64,000 bases of DNA from Candidatus Flemingiibacterium sp. (GTDB taxonomy: Bacteria > Bacillota > Clostridia > Oscillospirales > CAG-272): contig JAZNAL010000026.1 in the NCBI GenBank assembly GCA_045586505.1, positions 11,345 to 75,344 on the forward strand, read 5' to 3'. The notes beneath the pieces were generated by a model. That model ran no database searches and had not been told where the DNA came from. It saw only the letters and a list, made by a program, of their open reading frames with translations. Below, piece by piece: positions 1-9,501 of the stretch. Every line of letters starts with the position of its first letter. Within the stretch, counting starts at the first letter, position 1. The position numbers were made by a program, and so were the translations under genes.

Positions 1-1
1 C

Positions 2-1960
2 ATCTATTATTCTCGGCATTTCACACATGCCGCCAACCGCGAGCTTTATATCGAATACACCGACACCAATGAAGCGGGCGCAGTCACCAAGGTATCGTTT
101 GCCTCGTATTTTAACGGCAAGACGCTTGATTATGCCGTAGTTCCCGGAGTCGGCGAGGAAAAGGATTACGAAGGCATCGATGTCTCGGGCAAGTTAGTGC
201 TTGTCATGCGCGGAACCATCCCCTTCACCGAAAAAGCAAACATTGCCGCATCTCACGGTGCCCTTGGCATGATCGTTTACAACAACACCGAGGACGAGGC
301 GCTCCTTAATATGGAGCTTACCGGGGCAGAGATCCCCGCCATCGCCATCAGCATGAATGACGGTCTTACGCTTGCGGCTGAGTCCGATCGCAGGGTCAAC
401 TTTAACAAAAGCTACATATGGCGCGAGAACACCGAAGGTGCAGGACGTATCTCGGGCTTTTCCTCTTACGGCACCACACCCTCGCTTACCTTGAAGCCCG
501 ATATTTCCGCTATCGGAAGCAGTGTGCTCAGCACGATGGTAGGCGGTGGATACGGCTCGGTATCCGGCACCTCAATGGCGTCACCGCAGATTTCCGGAGC
601 CTGCGCACTGCTTGTTGAAAAGGCGAGAAAAAGTGGAATCACCGATAATGCCGCGATAGCAGTAAGTGTAAAGAACACGCTTATGAATACCGCCTCACCT
701 GTTATTCAGGAAAACGGTATTGAGTATTCTCCCCGCGCCGAGGGATCGGGACTTCTTAACCTTGACGAGGCGGTGAATCAGAAGCTGGAGCTCACTTACA
801 CTCCAACGGGCAGAGCCAAGGCAGAGCTGTTCGACAAGCTCACCGACATCACCGCCATTGATGTCACCTTGAAAAATCTCACCGACTCCACGCTCAATGT
901 GGCCCTTGATGTCACGCTGACAAACGATGGCTATACCCTGATTGAATTCGAGGGCAAGAAGGAATATTACAGCACTCTTACCGCCGAGGCGGACAAAGTA
1001 TCCCGCATCACCGTGGCAGAAAGCGGTAACCTCAACCGTTACGCCGAGGATCACGAGCCGCTGACACTTACCCTTGACGCAAACGAATCCCGTACGCTTA
1101 CGGTAAATATCCATTTTGACAATGCTTACCACCGCAAGCTTAGCAGCATCTTCACAAACGGTCACTTTGCAGAGGGATTTATCTTCTGTGAGGCGGAGGG
1201 TACAGCCGTGTCGCTTCCGTATATGGGCTATATCGGCGACTGGTGCGCCGCACCGGTGCTTGATGGTGACTCTTATAAAGGTGAAACCGAAATGTTCGAC
1301 GGTGCCAAATTCTATGTTATGGTTAACGGCAAATACGTTCCCGCCGGAGCGGACATTTTCACAGACCCATACACCTATGACCGAGACACCATTGCCTTCT
1401 CGCCCAACAATGATGGCTATGCGGACGATATAAATTTCGGCGCTACGGCTATACGCAACGCAAGAAGCTCAAAGATGACAATAACCGATCCCGTCGGCAA
1501 CACCGTGTACAGCTCCAAATTTCCGTATTTCAGCAAAACCGTGGGTATGAAGGAAGTCACTGTATTCCGCTTCAGTTGGGACGGCAGTGACGGCGTTTAC
1601 TCGCGCTACAAGCTACCAGACGGAAAATATACCGCAAGCCTCGAATATACACTCGACTATAGAGAGAATATTACGCAGACATATACCTATCCCGTAATAA
1701 TCGACACCAAGGATCCCACTTTAGAATCCGCCAAACTAAAAGGCAACAAGCTCACACTCACCGCTTCGGATGAAAACGGTGTGCGGGTCATAAGTATTTA
1801 CGAGAGCGACAGCGATGACGCATTTTTCAACCTTGAGCACGGTGACACAGCTGTATATGACATCAGCGGTTATACCTCAGATACGCTGTACTACGAAATA
1901 ATCGATAACGCCTATAATATCTCCGTCGGCAAGCTGACGCTTTCCGACCTTGCAGGCTGA
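2..1960 (+). CDS. S8 (subtilisin-family) cell-envelope serine peptidase, C-terminal part; 5' end lies outside the window
   Basis: The frame is open from base 2, with no stop before the GTG at 197 used by the ORF track. It has a PA-domain-like segment VLVMRGTIPFTEKANIAASHGALGMIVYNN. The canonical catalytic-Ser motif SGTSMASPQISGA is present (Ser codon 572-574). The FTNGHFAEGF...LPYMGYIGDW segment is typical of C5a-peptidase/lactocepin-type S8 enzymes. Confidence 0.85.
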   Translation: MYYSRHFTHAANRELYIEYTDTNEAGAVTKVSFASYFNGKTLDYAVVPGVGEEKDYEGIDVSGKLVLVMRGTIPFTEKANIAASHGALGMIVYNNTEDEALLNMELTGAEIPAIAISMNDGLTLAAESDRRVNFNKSYIWRENTEGAGRISGFSSYGTTPSLTLKPDISAIGSSVLSTMVGGGYGSVSGTSMASPQISGACALLVEKARKSGITDNAAIAVSVKNTLMNTASPVIQENGIEYSPRAEGSGLLNLDEAVNQKLELTYTPTGRAKAELFDKLTDITAIDVTLKNLTDSTLNVALDVTLTNDGYTLIEFEGKKEYYSTLTAEADKVSRITVAESGNLNRYAEDHEPLTLTLDANESRTLTVNIHFDNAYHRKLSSIFTNGHFAEGFIFCEAEGTAVSLPYMGYIGDWCAAPVLDGDSYKGETEMFDGAKFYVMVNGKYVPAGADIFTDPYTYDRDTIAFSPNNDGYADDINFGATAIRNARSSKMTITDPVGNTVYSSKFPYFSKTVGMKEVTVFRFSWDGSDGVYSRYKLPDGKYTASLEYTLDYRENITQTYTYPVIIDTKDPTLESAKLKGNKLTLTASDENGVRVISIYESDSDDAFFNLEHGDTAVYDISGYTSDTLYYEIIDNAYNISVGKLTLSDLAG

Positions 1961-1971
1961 GGAGAATAAAA

Positions 1972-4851
1972 ATGAAATTTAGAAAACTTGTAGCCTCCGC
2001 GCTGTTTTGCAGTCTTACACTGCAGCTCGCGCCCCTATCGGCGGCAGAGATGGTACCGGGCGCTGTTCCCGTGGACTCAGTAAAAAGCGGCGAGGATATG
2101 CTGATCGCTGTTCTCGACAATGGGTTTATACTTGAGCACGAGAGCTTTGTTATAACCGACACCACACCTGCACTGACAAAGGAAAAAAGCGATGCACTGC
2201 TTGCCTCCACCACTGTCGGCGCATCGGATAATGCGCCTGATAGTCTTTATGTAAGCGCAAAGATCCCCTTCGCCTACGACTACGGCGACGGGGACTCCGA
2301 TCTGACCGAGACACACTACTCATATCACGGCACCGCAATGATATCTATTGCGGCAGGAAACGGTGCTCTGCTGGAATCCAAAAACCCCGCCGCAACGGGA
2401 ATTGCTCCGGAGGCGCAGATACTTGCAATGAAGGTCTACTCGGATAAAAAGGAGACCGTAACCGAAGCCGCCATGGTTTCCGCTATTGAGGATGCCATAG
2501 TCCTCGGCGCCCATGTGATACTTATCCCCCTTACCGAGCACTGCGGTGTTTCATTTGATCCTGCCTCCGAGAGATTGATCGCCGCTGTAAAAAAGGCGGA
2601 TGAGGCGGGTATTATCGTGGTCTGCCCCGCAGGCGATGTTTTGGAATACGGCAAAGAAAGTGTATACGCACTCGAATACGAGACCACCGATCCGCCCGCA
2701 ACAAATCCCGATATCGGCACCATCGCCTGGCCCGGCACTCTCGATTCGGTGCTGACCGTAGGCTCCTCCGAGGGTAATACCGTAGAAACCGAGTTTTTTA
2801 CTCTTTCGGACGGCAAGAAGATCCCTTTTGGTGACTCCAACTACCTTTACACCACCATTACCGGCGGCAAGACCTTCGCCGAGTATTTTGACGGTCAGAG
2901 CTTAGAGTACGTTATCGTTGACGGTAGCGGCACCCTTGAAGATTTCACCGCGGCGGGAGATCTTACTGGGAAGCTCACCGTTGTGACACGCGGCACGCTC
3001 AGCTTCAACGAAAAAGCAAAAAACGCCGCAGCATGCGGTGCCATCGGCATGCTCGTCCTCGACAATCAGCCTGACAAGCATTCGGCATTACGTGTTAAGA
3101 TGGACATTTCGGAGTCCACTATACCGGTGGTGATTATTCCAACGGGACACATCAGCGCAATAAAGAATGCCGCAGATAGGCGCATAATGATAAAGGCAGG
3201 CGAGACTTATATCGCAACGATCCGAAGCACGCCCTCTCCCTCGTCTTACTCGGCACGCGGTACTACTCCGGAGCTTGGCTTAAAGCCGGATATAACCGTG
3301 GTCGGCTCTACCGTACAGTGCGCTGCGGTTAACGGCGGCTACGGTTACATGAGTTCCACCGAAGCCTCCGCTGCAAAAGTTGCCGGAATGTGTGCCATAC
3401 TCGTAAAGAAGCTGTCATGTGACTACCCAAACCTCACTTCAGGCGACCTATCCGCGAGGGTCAAGGCAAAGCTGGTAGGATCAGCGGAGCTTATGGTTCA
3501 GGAGCCCTCGGGGACTCCCTATTCTCCGCGGGTGCAGGGCGGCGGAAATGCAACGCTTGATGCTGCGCTTTCTGCTGAGCTGCTACTCACTTCAAACGGT
3601 GCGCATAAGATCGAGCTCGGCGACAATCACACCCGAATGCTCAGCTTTAAGGTGACCGCAGAAAACCTTTCAGACACCGCAAAAGAATGTACCCTTGACA
3701 CCACCTGCGGCTCGGACGATTTTGTCGCTTACACCTATGCTGAGCTGGATATCGAAAATCCCGACGATCCGCTCTATAAGCGGCTAGGTACCGAACCCAC
3801 CGACACTCTGGCATTTATCAGAGATTTTACTGCGCTGTCGGGGGCTAATGTTGTGATAAGCGGTACGTCGTATCAGCTTAATCCCACCGCCTGCGACTAC
3901 AAGCCCTACACCTTCATACTCGGCCCAGGTGAGTCACAGACATTTGACCTTGTTGTATGCTTAAATGATGACACATATACGGAGTACCGGAAGCACTTTA
4001 CAAACGGCTTTTTCATCGAGGGCTTTGTACGCCTCATAAGCAATGATCAGGCGGCTTCCATACCGTTCCTTGGCTATTCCGGAAGCTTTGGCGCAGCACC
4101 CTATCTCGATGCCGATATATACAGCGGCGCTCAGGCAATATATGATGAAATGTACTTGTACCGCCGAATCGATTACGCGGATGCTACGGACAACAAAAGA
4201 ATCATTCTCGGGGCAGATACTCATTCCGAGCCCACTGATTATACCGAATACAACAAGGGCGACATTGCATTTTCACCCATCATCGACCGCGCAAACGCCA
4301 AGGTGATGCTTAATTTCGCCCTGCTCCGTACTGTAAGCGATATATCTGTCACCGTCACCGACGCGATCGGAAATATTGTGGAGCAGAAGAATTACGGAAC
4401 TGTCCCGCGCACCTATGTGAGCAACTCAACCGGTATGCCTACTACCGCCTCACTGCCGCTTTGGAACGGCAGAGCCGACGATAATGTTTCCTACATTTAT
4501 CCCGACGGTTTATATACGGTCACGGTAAGCTACTCGAAGCCTATATCACTTGTCAGGGAAAGTTTTTCCTATGATATTTTCCTCGACACAACCGCACCGA
4601 CACTCGTTTCGGCGGAGTTTGTGACCGAGGATGAAAAACCTGTGCTTGTTGTCACCGCGGAGGATAATCACAGGATCATGCGCTGTACCGTAGTTGACAG
4701 CGATCGGGAGAACGCGTATACCCCCGATGATTGTAGATTTGATATTTCAAACCTCTTTGGCGAGTATATCTATGTGGACATATTTGACTACTCCGCAAAT
4801 TCGACAGTGGTACGGCTTGAAAACCCGCACTATGTCCCAGGCAACGACTGA
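1972..4851 (+). CDS. S8 peptidase paralogue with signal peptide and a degenerate active site (probable pseudo-protease)
   Basis: RBS GAGGAG lies about 8 nt upstream and there is an N-terminal signal peptide. It is colinear with the upstream gene (PA domain; FTNGFFIEGF...IPFLGYSGSF). Asp (AVLDNG, 2116-2118) and His (YHGTAM, 2326-2328) are kept. GTSMASP is replaced by SSTEASA, with Glu codon 3361-3363 at the Ser position. AGN is replaced by AGD (2635-2637). Confidence 0.8.
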   Translation: MKFRKLVASALFCSLTLQLAPLSAAEMVPGAVPVDSVKSGEDMLIAVLDNGFILEHESFVITDTTPALTKEKSDALLASTTVGASDNAPDSLYVSAKIPFAYDYGDGDSDLTETHYSYHGTAMISIAAGNGALLESKNPAATGIAPEAQILAMKVYSDKKETVTEAAMVSAIEDAIVLGAHVILIPLTEHCGVSFDPASERLIAAVKKADEAGIIVVCPAGDVLEYGKESVYALEYETTDPPATNPDIGTIAWPGTLDSVLTVGSSEGNTVETEFFTLSDGKKIPFGDSNYLYTTITGGKTFAEYFDGQSLEYVIVDGSGTLEDFTAAGDLTGKLTVVTRGTLSFNEKAKNAAACGAIGMLVLDNQPDKHSALRVKMDISESTIPVVIIPTGHISAIKNAADRRIMIKAGETYIATIRSTPSPSSYSARGTTPELGLKPDITVVGSTVQCAAVNGGYGYMSSTEASAAKVAGMCAILVKKLSCDYPNLTSGDLSARVKAKLVGSAELMVQEPSGTPYSPRVQGGGNATLDAALSAELLLTSNGAHKIELGDNHTRMLSFKVTAENLSDTAKECTLDTTCGSDDFVAYTYAELDIENPDDPLYKRLGTEPTDTLAFIRDFTALSGANVVISGTSYQLNPTACDYKPYTFILGPGESQTFDLVVCLNDDTYTEYRKHFTNGFFIEGFVRLISNDQAASIPFLGYSGSFGAAPYLDADIYSGAQAIYDEMYLYRRIDYADATDNKRIILGADTHSEPTDYTEYNKGDIAFSPIIDRANAKVMLNFALLRTVSDISVTVTDAIGNIVEQKNYGTVPRTYVSNSTGMPTTASLPLWNGRADDNVSYIYPDGLYTVTVSYSKPISLVRESFSYDIFLDTTAPTLVSAEFVTEDEKPVLVVTAEDNHRIMRCTVVDSDRENAYTPDDCRFDISNLFGEYIYVDIFDYSANSTVVRLENPHYVPGND

Positions 4852-5927
4852 TCACGCTTCCGTAAAACCGACAGGGTGATAGATAGCCCCACCGGCAGAA
4901 GTATCAGCCCCAAAAAGCCGAACAGCTTGCTTCCCACAAACATGGAAATAAGCGTCAGAAGTGGGTGAAGCCCTACCTCTTTGCCCACGATTTTCGGCTC
5001 GATTATATTTCGCACCACCGTAATGACCGCCCAAAGCACAAGCAAACCCACACCGGAACCGACATAACCTCGTATGAGCTCGACAAGCGCCCACGGTATC
5101 AAAACTGCACCGGTGCCAACCACAGGAAGCACATCCAGCAGGGCTATTATCAGCGCCAGTATCACCGCGTTCTCCGTACCCATGAGAATAAGCCCAAAAA
5201 ACAGCTCGGCGAAGGTAATAAGCATTATGAGTGCATATGAGCGAAGGTATTTTATCACGGTGGTAAAAAATTTATTTCTTAGCTCTGTAAGCATCCCGAC
5301 TGCCCGAGAAGGGAGTATGGATTTTGCAAATACCAGCAGTTTTTCATAGTCGATTATAAAGAAAAAGCTGGAGATCACCGCGAACAACAGCTCCACAACA
5401 AAGCGCGGCACCGCGGCTGCAAATCCCGACAGCCATGCAAGCACACGGACGGAGATATCCGATACCGCACCGCCCAGTGAGTTTTTAGCGGAGTTAAAGA
5501 GTCCCGTCAGCGTCTCGGCAAACGCGCTGTTTTCATGCCCGTCGAATTTTGAGAGCAGTCCGTTTACCGTATCAAATCCCTTGACCAGCGCCGGCTCAAC
5601 AATCTCCGACCATAGCGATGGCAGACGTCCCGAAAACTCACCGATCATTACCGTCAGCCGCACCGCAAGAACTGTGGCGAGCATTCCGATGGTAGCGTAA
5701 AAGAGAAGGAGAATAAGCAGCGCCGTGGGACGGCGCCTCATATCGAATCTTCTGCATAAAAATCTCACGGCGGGATTAAGTATTGCCGCAGTGGTGAAGC
5801 CTATAAGAAACGGCATTACGACAAATACGGCATATTTCAGAACAAGAAATACGATTGCGGCGATTGTGAGATAATACACCGCCGAAATAAGAAAGCGTTT
5901 CTTTTTTTCCACCGTTTCCTCCCGCAT
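4830..5927 (-). CDS. ytvI: AI-2E/PerM-family integral membrane protein, YtvI-like (sporulation integral membrane protein type)
   Basis: This is a polytopic membrane protein with the family-typical C-terminal block LDVLPVVGTGAVLIPWALVELIRG. The start is uncertain: ATG 5927 (MREETVEKKK) or GTG 5912 just behind GGGAGG. The track ATG at 5993 adds an unlikely leader. The 3' end overlaps the convergent S8 gene by 22 nt. Confidence 0.65.
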   Translation of the reverse strand: MREETVEKKKRFLISAVYYLTIAAIVFLVLKYAVFVVMPFLIGFTTAAILNPAVRFLCRRFDMRRRPTALLILLLFYATIGMLATVLAVRLTVMIGEFSGRLPSLWSEIVEPALVKGFDTVNGLLSKFDGHENSAFAETLTGLFNSAKNSLGGAVSDISVRVLAWLSGFAAAVPRFVVELLFAVISSFFFIIDYEKLLVFAKSILPSRAVGMLTELRNKFFTTVIKYLRSYALIMLITFAELFFGLILMGTENAVILALIIALLDVLPVVGTGAVLIPWALVELIRGYVGSGVGLLVLWAVITVVRNIIEPKIVGKEVGLHPLLTLISMFVGSKLFGFLGLILLPVGLSITLSVLRKRDQSLPGT

Positions 5928-6078
5928 ATACAAAAATAAGCCCTCACGCAATATTATTACACACAGCACGTTATGTATTCCGTATACGGGCACAAAAGCA
6001 AAATTTTCACAGCTTGTTCAAGTCTCACCCACAATAGTATGGTATCATTAAAGCATCACAATTACATGGAGGCAGTCA

Positions 6079-7527
6079 ATGTCACAGATCAAAGGCAGGC
6101 AGGATGCCGAGCGCGAAGAACACAGAAAAACCTTAAAAAAGTTGAGACGGATCACAGCAATAGTAACAGTTTCCGTTATCCTTATCATCTCACTTATCGC
6201 AGCCGTCGTGGTTGCGGTGTATAATCAAAAAATGGAAAGCGGAGCTTTTCTCAGAGAAAAAACAGCCGCTTCATCAAAAAACATTGACGTAAACGGCGCA
6301 GTCATGAATCTATATTACAGGGATATATATCTTACCTTTACCGATCACTACGGTGAAGCACTTAAATACCTGGGGTTTGACACAAACGTCTCTGCAAAGA
6401 AGCAGAGAATCAGCGACAGCGGAAGCTGGTTTGACTATTTCATTGACGCGGCAAAGAGTAATGTCACACGCTCACTCGCCCTCTGCGAAGCCGCAGCGGA
6501 GGAGGGAGTCAGTCTTACCGAAGCGGAGCTTGCGGCAATAAAGAAGCGCGCCTACAACACGGACGCGGTTATGTACGGGGACGGGATCAACAACGAGGAC
6601 ATATACACCGCTCGCTGTCTTGATGCTCTTGCATATAAGTATCAGCTTATAAAAGAGTCCGAATTCGCCCCCCAAAAAGCAGAAATCGATGCATACTGCG
6701 TCGAGAATCCGAAGGCGTTCCGGCTCGTCGATTACTATGCCTTCTCTCTGCATTACGGCACGGAAGCGGACGCTGAAAACACCTTAACCGAAGCCGAAAT
6801 CGCTACCCTGGTACAGGAGCTTGCGGCGCTTGATGATGCAGACGCCTTTGAAAACGCCATCGAAAAGCTCCTGCGCTCGTACGACGCGGATATCAGCGAC
6901 TCCGATTTGGCGGCAAAGATCTCCTCCCTGAAACTATCCGGCAGAACATACAGTGAAGGTGATGAGCTGTCGGACTGGGCGTTTATGGCGAAGGTCGGTG
7001 ACACGTTTGTCCAACACAACGCCGAAAAGGCAGTATATACGGTATATATGCTTGCCACAGAGCCTTATTACAGTGAATCCCCCACCGTTACGGTACGCCA
7101 TATTCTGCTTGCCGACAGCACCTACGGCAACCGCGATGATGCATACAAAATTGCCGAGGCACTGTTTGCACGCATCGAGGCAGAAAGTATGAGTCCCGAC
7201 GATTTTTCACTGCTCGTGCTTGAACATTCGGAAGATCAGGGCTCATATTACAGGGGCGGGATGTACTCAAATATAACCGAGGGACAGATGCCGGAAAGCT
7301 TTGATACTTGGTGCTTTGACCCCGCGAGAAAAGCGGGAGATGTGGGCATTGTCGAAACCGAATTCGGTGTCCATGTAATACTATTCGAAGCCCACGGCGA
7401 GGAGGAATGGAAGGCAGATGTAGCCAAGCACATTACCTCGGAGCGTTTTGAAGCCTATCTTGAATCAGCGATCACGGAATACACGGTCATATTCGATGAA
7501 ACGGTCATGGATATAATCCCCGGATAA
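6079..7527 (+). CDS. Membrane-anchored parvulin/PpiC-type peptidyl-prolyl isomerase (PrsA/SurA-like foldase)
   Basis: RBS GGAGG lies 7 nt upstream. An N-terminal TM anchor is present (ITAIVTVSVILIISLIAAVVVAVY). The C-terminal parvulin domain reads VTVRHILLA...GDVGIVETEFGVHVILF. It is a colinear paralogue of 26348-27709. Confidence 0.75.
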   Translation: MSQIKGRQDAEREEHRKTLKKLRRITAIVTVSVILIISLIAAVVVAVYNQKMESGAFLREKTAASSKNIDVNGAVMNLYYRDIYLTFTDHYGEALKYLGFDTNVSAKKQRISDSGSWFDYFIDAAKSNVTRSLALCEAAAEEGVSLTEAELAAIKKRAYNTDAVMYGDGINNEDIYTARCLDALAYKYQLIKESEFAPQKAEIDAYCVENPKAFRLVDYYAFSLHYGTEADAENTLTEAEIATLVQELAALDDADAFENAIEKLLRSYDADISDSDLAAKISSLKLSGRTYSEGDELSDWAFMAKVGDTFVQHNAEKAVYTVYMLATEPYYSESPTVTVRHILLADSTYGNRDDAYKIAEALFARIEAESMSPDDFSLLVLEHSEDQGSYYRGGMYSNITEGQMPESFDTWCFDPARKAGDVGIVETEFGVHVILFEAHGEEEWKADVAKHITSERFEAYLESAITEYTVIFDETVMDIIPG

Positions 7528-7576
7528 AAAATCGACCGCAGCAGATGCGTAGATCTGATGCGGTCATTTTTTGTTT
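7526..7576. terminator. Bidirectional intrinsic terminator between the PPIase (+) and the ABC exporter (-)
   Basis: A long imperfect hairpin GACCGCAGCAGAT-gcgtag-ATCTGATGCGGTC is flanked by an A-run on the 5' side and TTTTTTGTTTT on the 3' side. Confidence 0.8.
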
Positions 7577-7581
7577 TCTGG

Positions 7582-9501
7582 TTATTCAAGCTCGAATGCG
7601 CCTGTGTAGAGCTGATAATATGTGCCCTTTTCCTCGATGAGCTTGTCGTGATTGCCGCGCTCGATAATGCGGCCGTGGTCAAGCACCATGATGACATCGG
7701 AATTCATGACAGTGGAAAGGCGATGAGCGATAACAAAGACAGTTCTGCCTTCCATCAGCTTATCCATACCGCGCTGAACTATCGCCTCGGTGCGGGTATC
7801 GATACTTGAGGTCGCCTCATCCAGTATCATAACCGGCGGATCCGCAACCGCCGCTCTGGCGATTGCAATAAGCTGACGCTGACCCTGCGAAAGATTTGCG
7901 CCGTTGTTGGCAAGCTCGGTATTGTAACCGTTAGGCAAGCGGGTGATAAAATCATCCGCGCCCGCAAGCTTGGCGGCTTCGATGCACTCATCGTCCGTGG
8001 CGTCAAGACGTCCGTAGCGGATATTATCCATTACCGTTCCCGTGAACAGATTAGTCTCCTGCAGAACGATTCCAAGTGAGCGGCGCAGGTCAGACTTCTT
8101 TATCTTGTTGATATTGATGCCGTCATAGCGTATCTTTCCGTCGTCGATATCGTAGAAGCGATTGATAAGGTTAGTAATAGTGGTCTTGCCCGCGCCCGTT
8201 GCGCCCACAAACGCCACCTTCTGACCCGGCTCGGCATAAACCGAAACACCGTGAAGCACCAATTTATCATCCTCGTAGCCGAAATCCACCTCGTTCAGGC
8301 GGACATCACCGCGAAGCTCGGTATAGGTGAGCGTACCGTCGCTGTGGGGATGCTTCCATGCCCATTTGCCGGTATGCTCGGACGTTTCGGTGATATTGCC
8401 TTTTTCGTCGATCTTTGCGTTAACGAGCGTTACATATCCGTTGTCCGTCTCCGGCTCGCGATCCATAAGCTCAAGGATACGCTTTGCACCGGCGCCTGCC
8501 ATTGCGATGGAGTTGAACTGCTGGGAGAGCTGGTTGATATTGCCCGTAAACTGCTTGGTCATATTTAAGAACGGCACGATTATACTGATGCTGAACGCCA
8601 TTCCGGAGATGCTGATATTGGTGGCTCCCGAAAGAAGCAGAAGTGCGCCGACTGTTGCAAGCAACACATACAGCACGTTGCCGATATTTGCTATGATGGG
8701 ACCCATGGTATTCGCATAGGCGTGAGCGCGGTAGCTGTCCTCATAAAGTGCCTCGTTGATGCGGTCAAAATCCCCGTTGCTCTCATCCTCGTGGCAGAAC
8801 ACCTTGATGACCTTCTGACCGTTCATCATCTCCTGCACGAAGCCCTCGGTCTTACCCACAGCCATCTGCTGACGGATAAAATACTTAGCCGAGCCGCCGC
8901 CGATCTTCTTTGATACGAACAGCATGGCAAAAACTCCGAGCACCACTATAAACGCCAGCGGGATGCTGTACCACAGCATGATGGAGAACACCACCACGAC
9001 CACCACAGATGCCTGCATAAGCGTAGGCAGTGACTGCGATACGAGCTGCCTCAGCGTGTCGATGTCATTTGTATAGTGACTCATAATATCGCCGTGCTTG
9101 TTGGTGTCAAAATAACGGATGGGCAGATTCTGCATACCGTCGAACATTTTGATTCTCATCTTGCTGAGAAAGCCCTGGGTGATATACGCCATAAGCTGAT
9201 TGTACAGCGTGATGGATGCAAGGGACAGGATATAGAGTCCGATCATGACAAATATGAGCGGTAATATTTCCTCCTTGGCACTGTCCCAGTCCCGAAGTAT
9301 ATACCATTTTTCGATCGCCGCCAGCACTCTCTGCTGGAACAGCGACGGTATCGCCGCGACCACTGCCGAAAACAGGATGCAGATCGCGGTCAGCGGAACA
9401 AGCCGGGGATAGGATTTAAACAGCATCCTAATGACGCGTCCGAGGGTACGGAAATCGAGACTGCGCTTCGGCGGCTTCATATTATTCTGCGGCTTACTCA
9501 T
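7582..9501 (-). CDS. ABC exporter, fused permease/ATPase; the half-transporter carrying the canonical catalytic site
   Basis: Six-TM exporter domain plus an NBD. Walker A is GATGAGKTT and Walker B is VMILDEATS, with the catalytic Glu. The signature motif is degenerate (LSQGQ). The start MSKPQ at 9501 overlaps the upstream stop in ATGAGTAA. Confidence 0.9.
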   Translation of the reverse strand: MSKPQNNMKPPKRSLDFRTLGRVIRMLFKSYPRLVPLTAICILFSAVVAAIPSLFQQRVLAAIEKWYILRDWDSAKEEILPLIFVMIGLYILSLASITLYNQLMAYITQGFLSKMRIKMFDGMQNLPIRYFDTNKHGDIMSHYTNDIDTLRQLVSQSLPTLMQASVVVVVVFSIMLWYSIPLAFIVVLGVFAMLFVSKKIGGGSAKYFIRQQMAVGKTEGFVQEMMNGQKVIKVFCHEDESNGDFDRINEALYEDSYRAHAYANTMGPIIANIGNVLYVLLATVGALLLLSGATNISISGMAFSISIIVPFLNMTKQFTGNINQLSQQFNSIAMAGAGAKRILELMDREPETDNGYVTLVNAKIDEKGNITETSEHTGKWAWKHPHSDGTLTYTELRGDVRLNEVDFGYEDDKLVLHGVSVYAEPGQKVAFVGATGAGKTTITNLINRFYDIDDGKIRYDGININKIKKSDLRRSLGIVLQETNLFTGTVMDNIRYGRLDATDDECIEAAKLAGADDFITRLPNGYNTELANNGANLSQGQRQLIAIARAAVADPPVMILDEATSSIDTRTEAIVQRGMDKLMEGRTVFVIAHRLSTVMNSDVIMVLDHGRIIERGNHDKLIEEKGTYYQLYTGAFELE

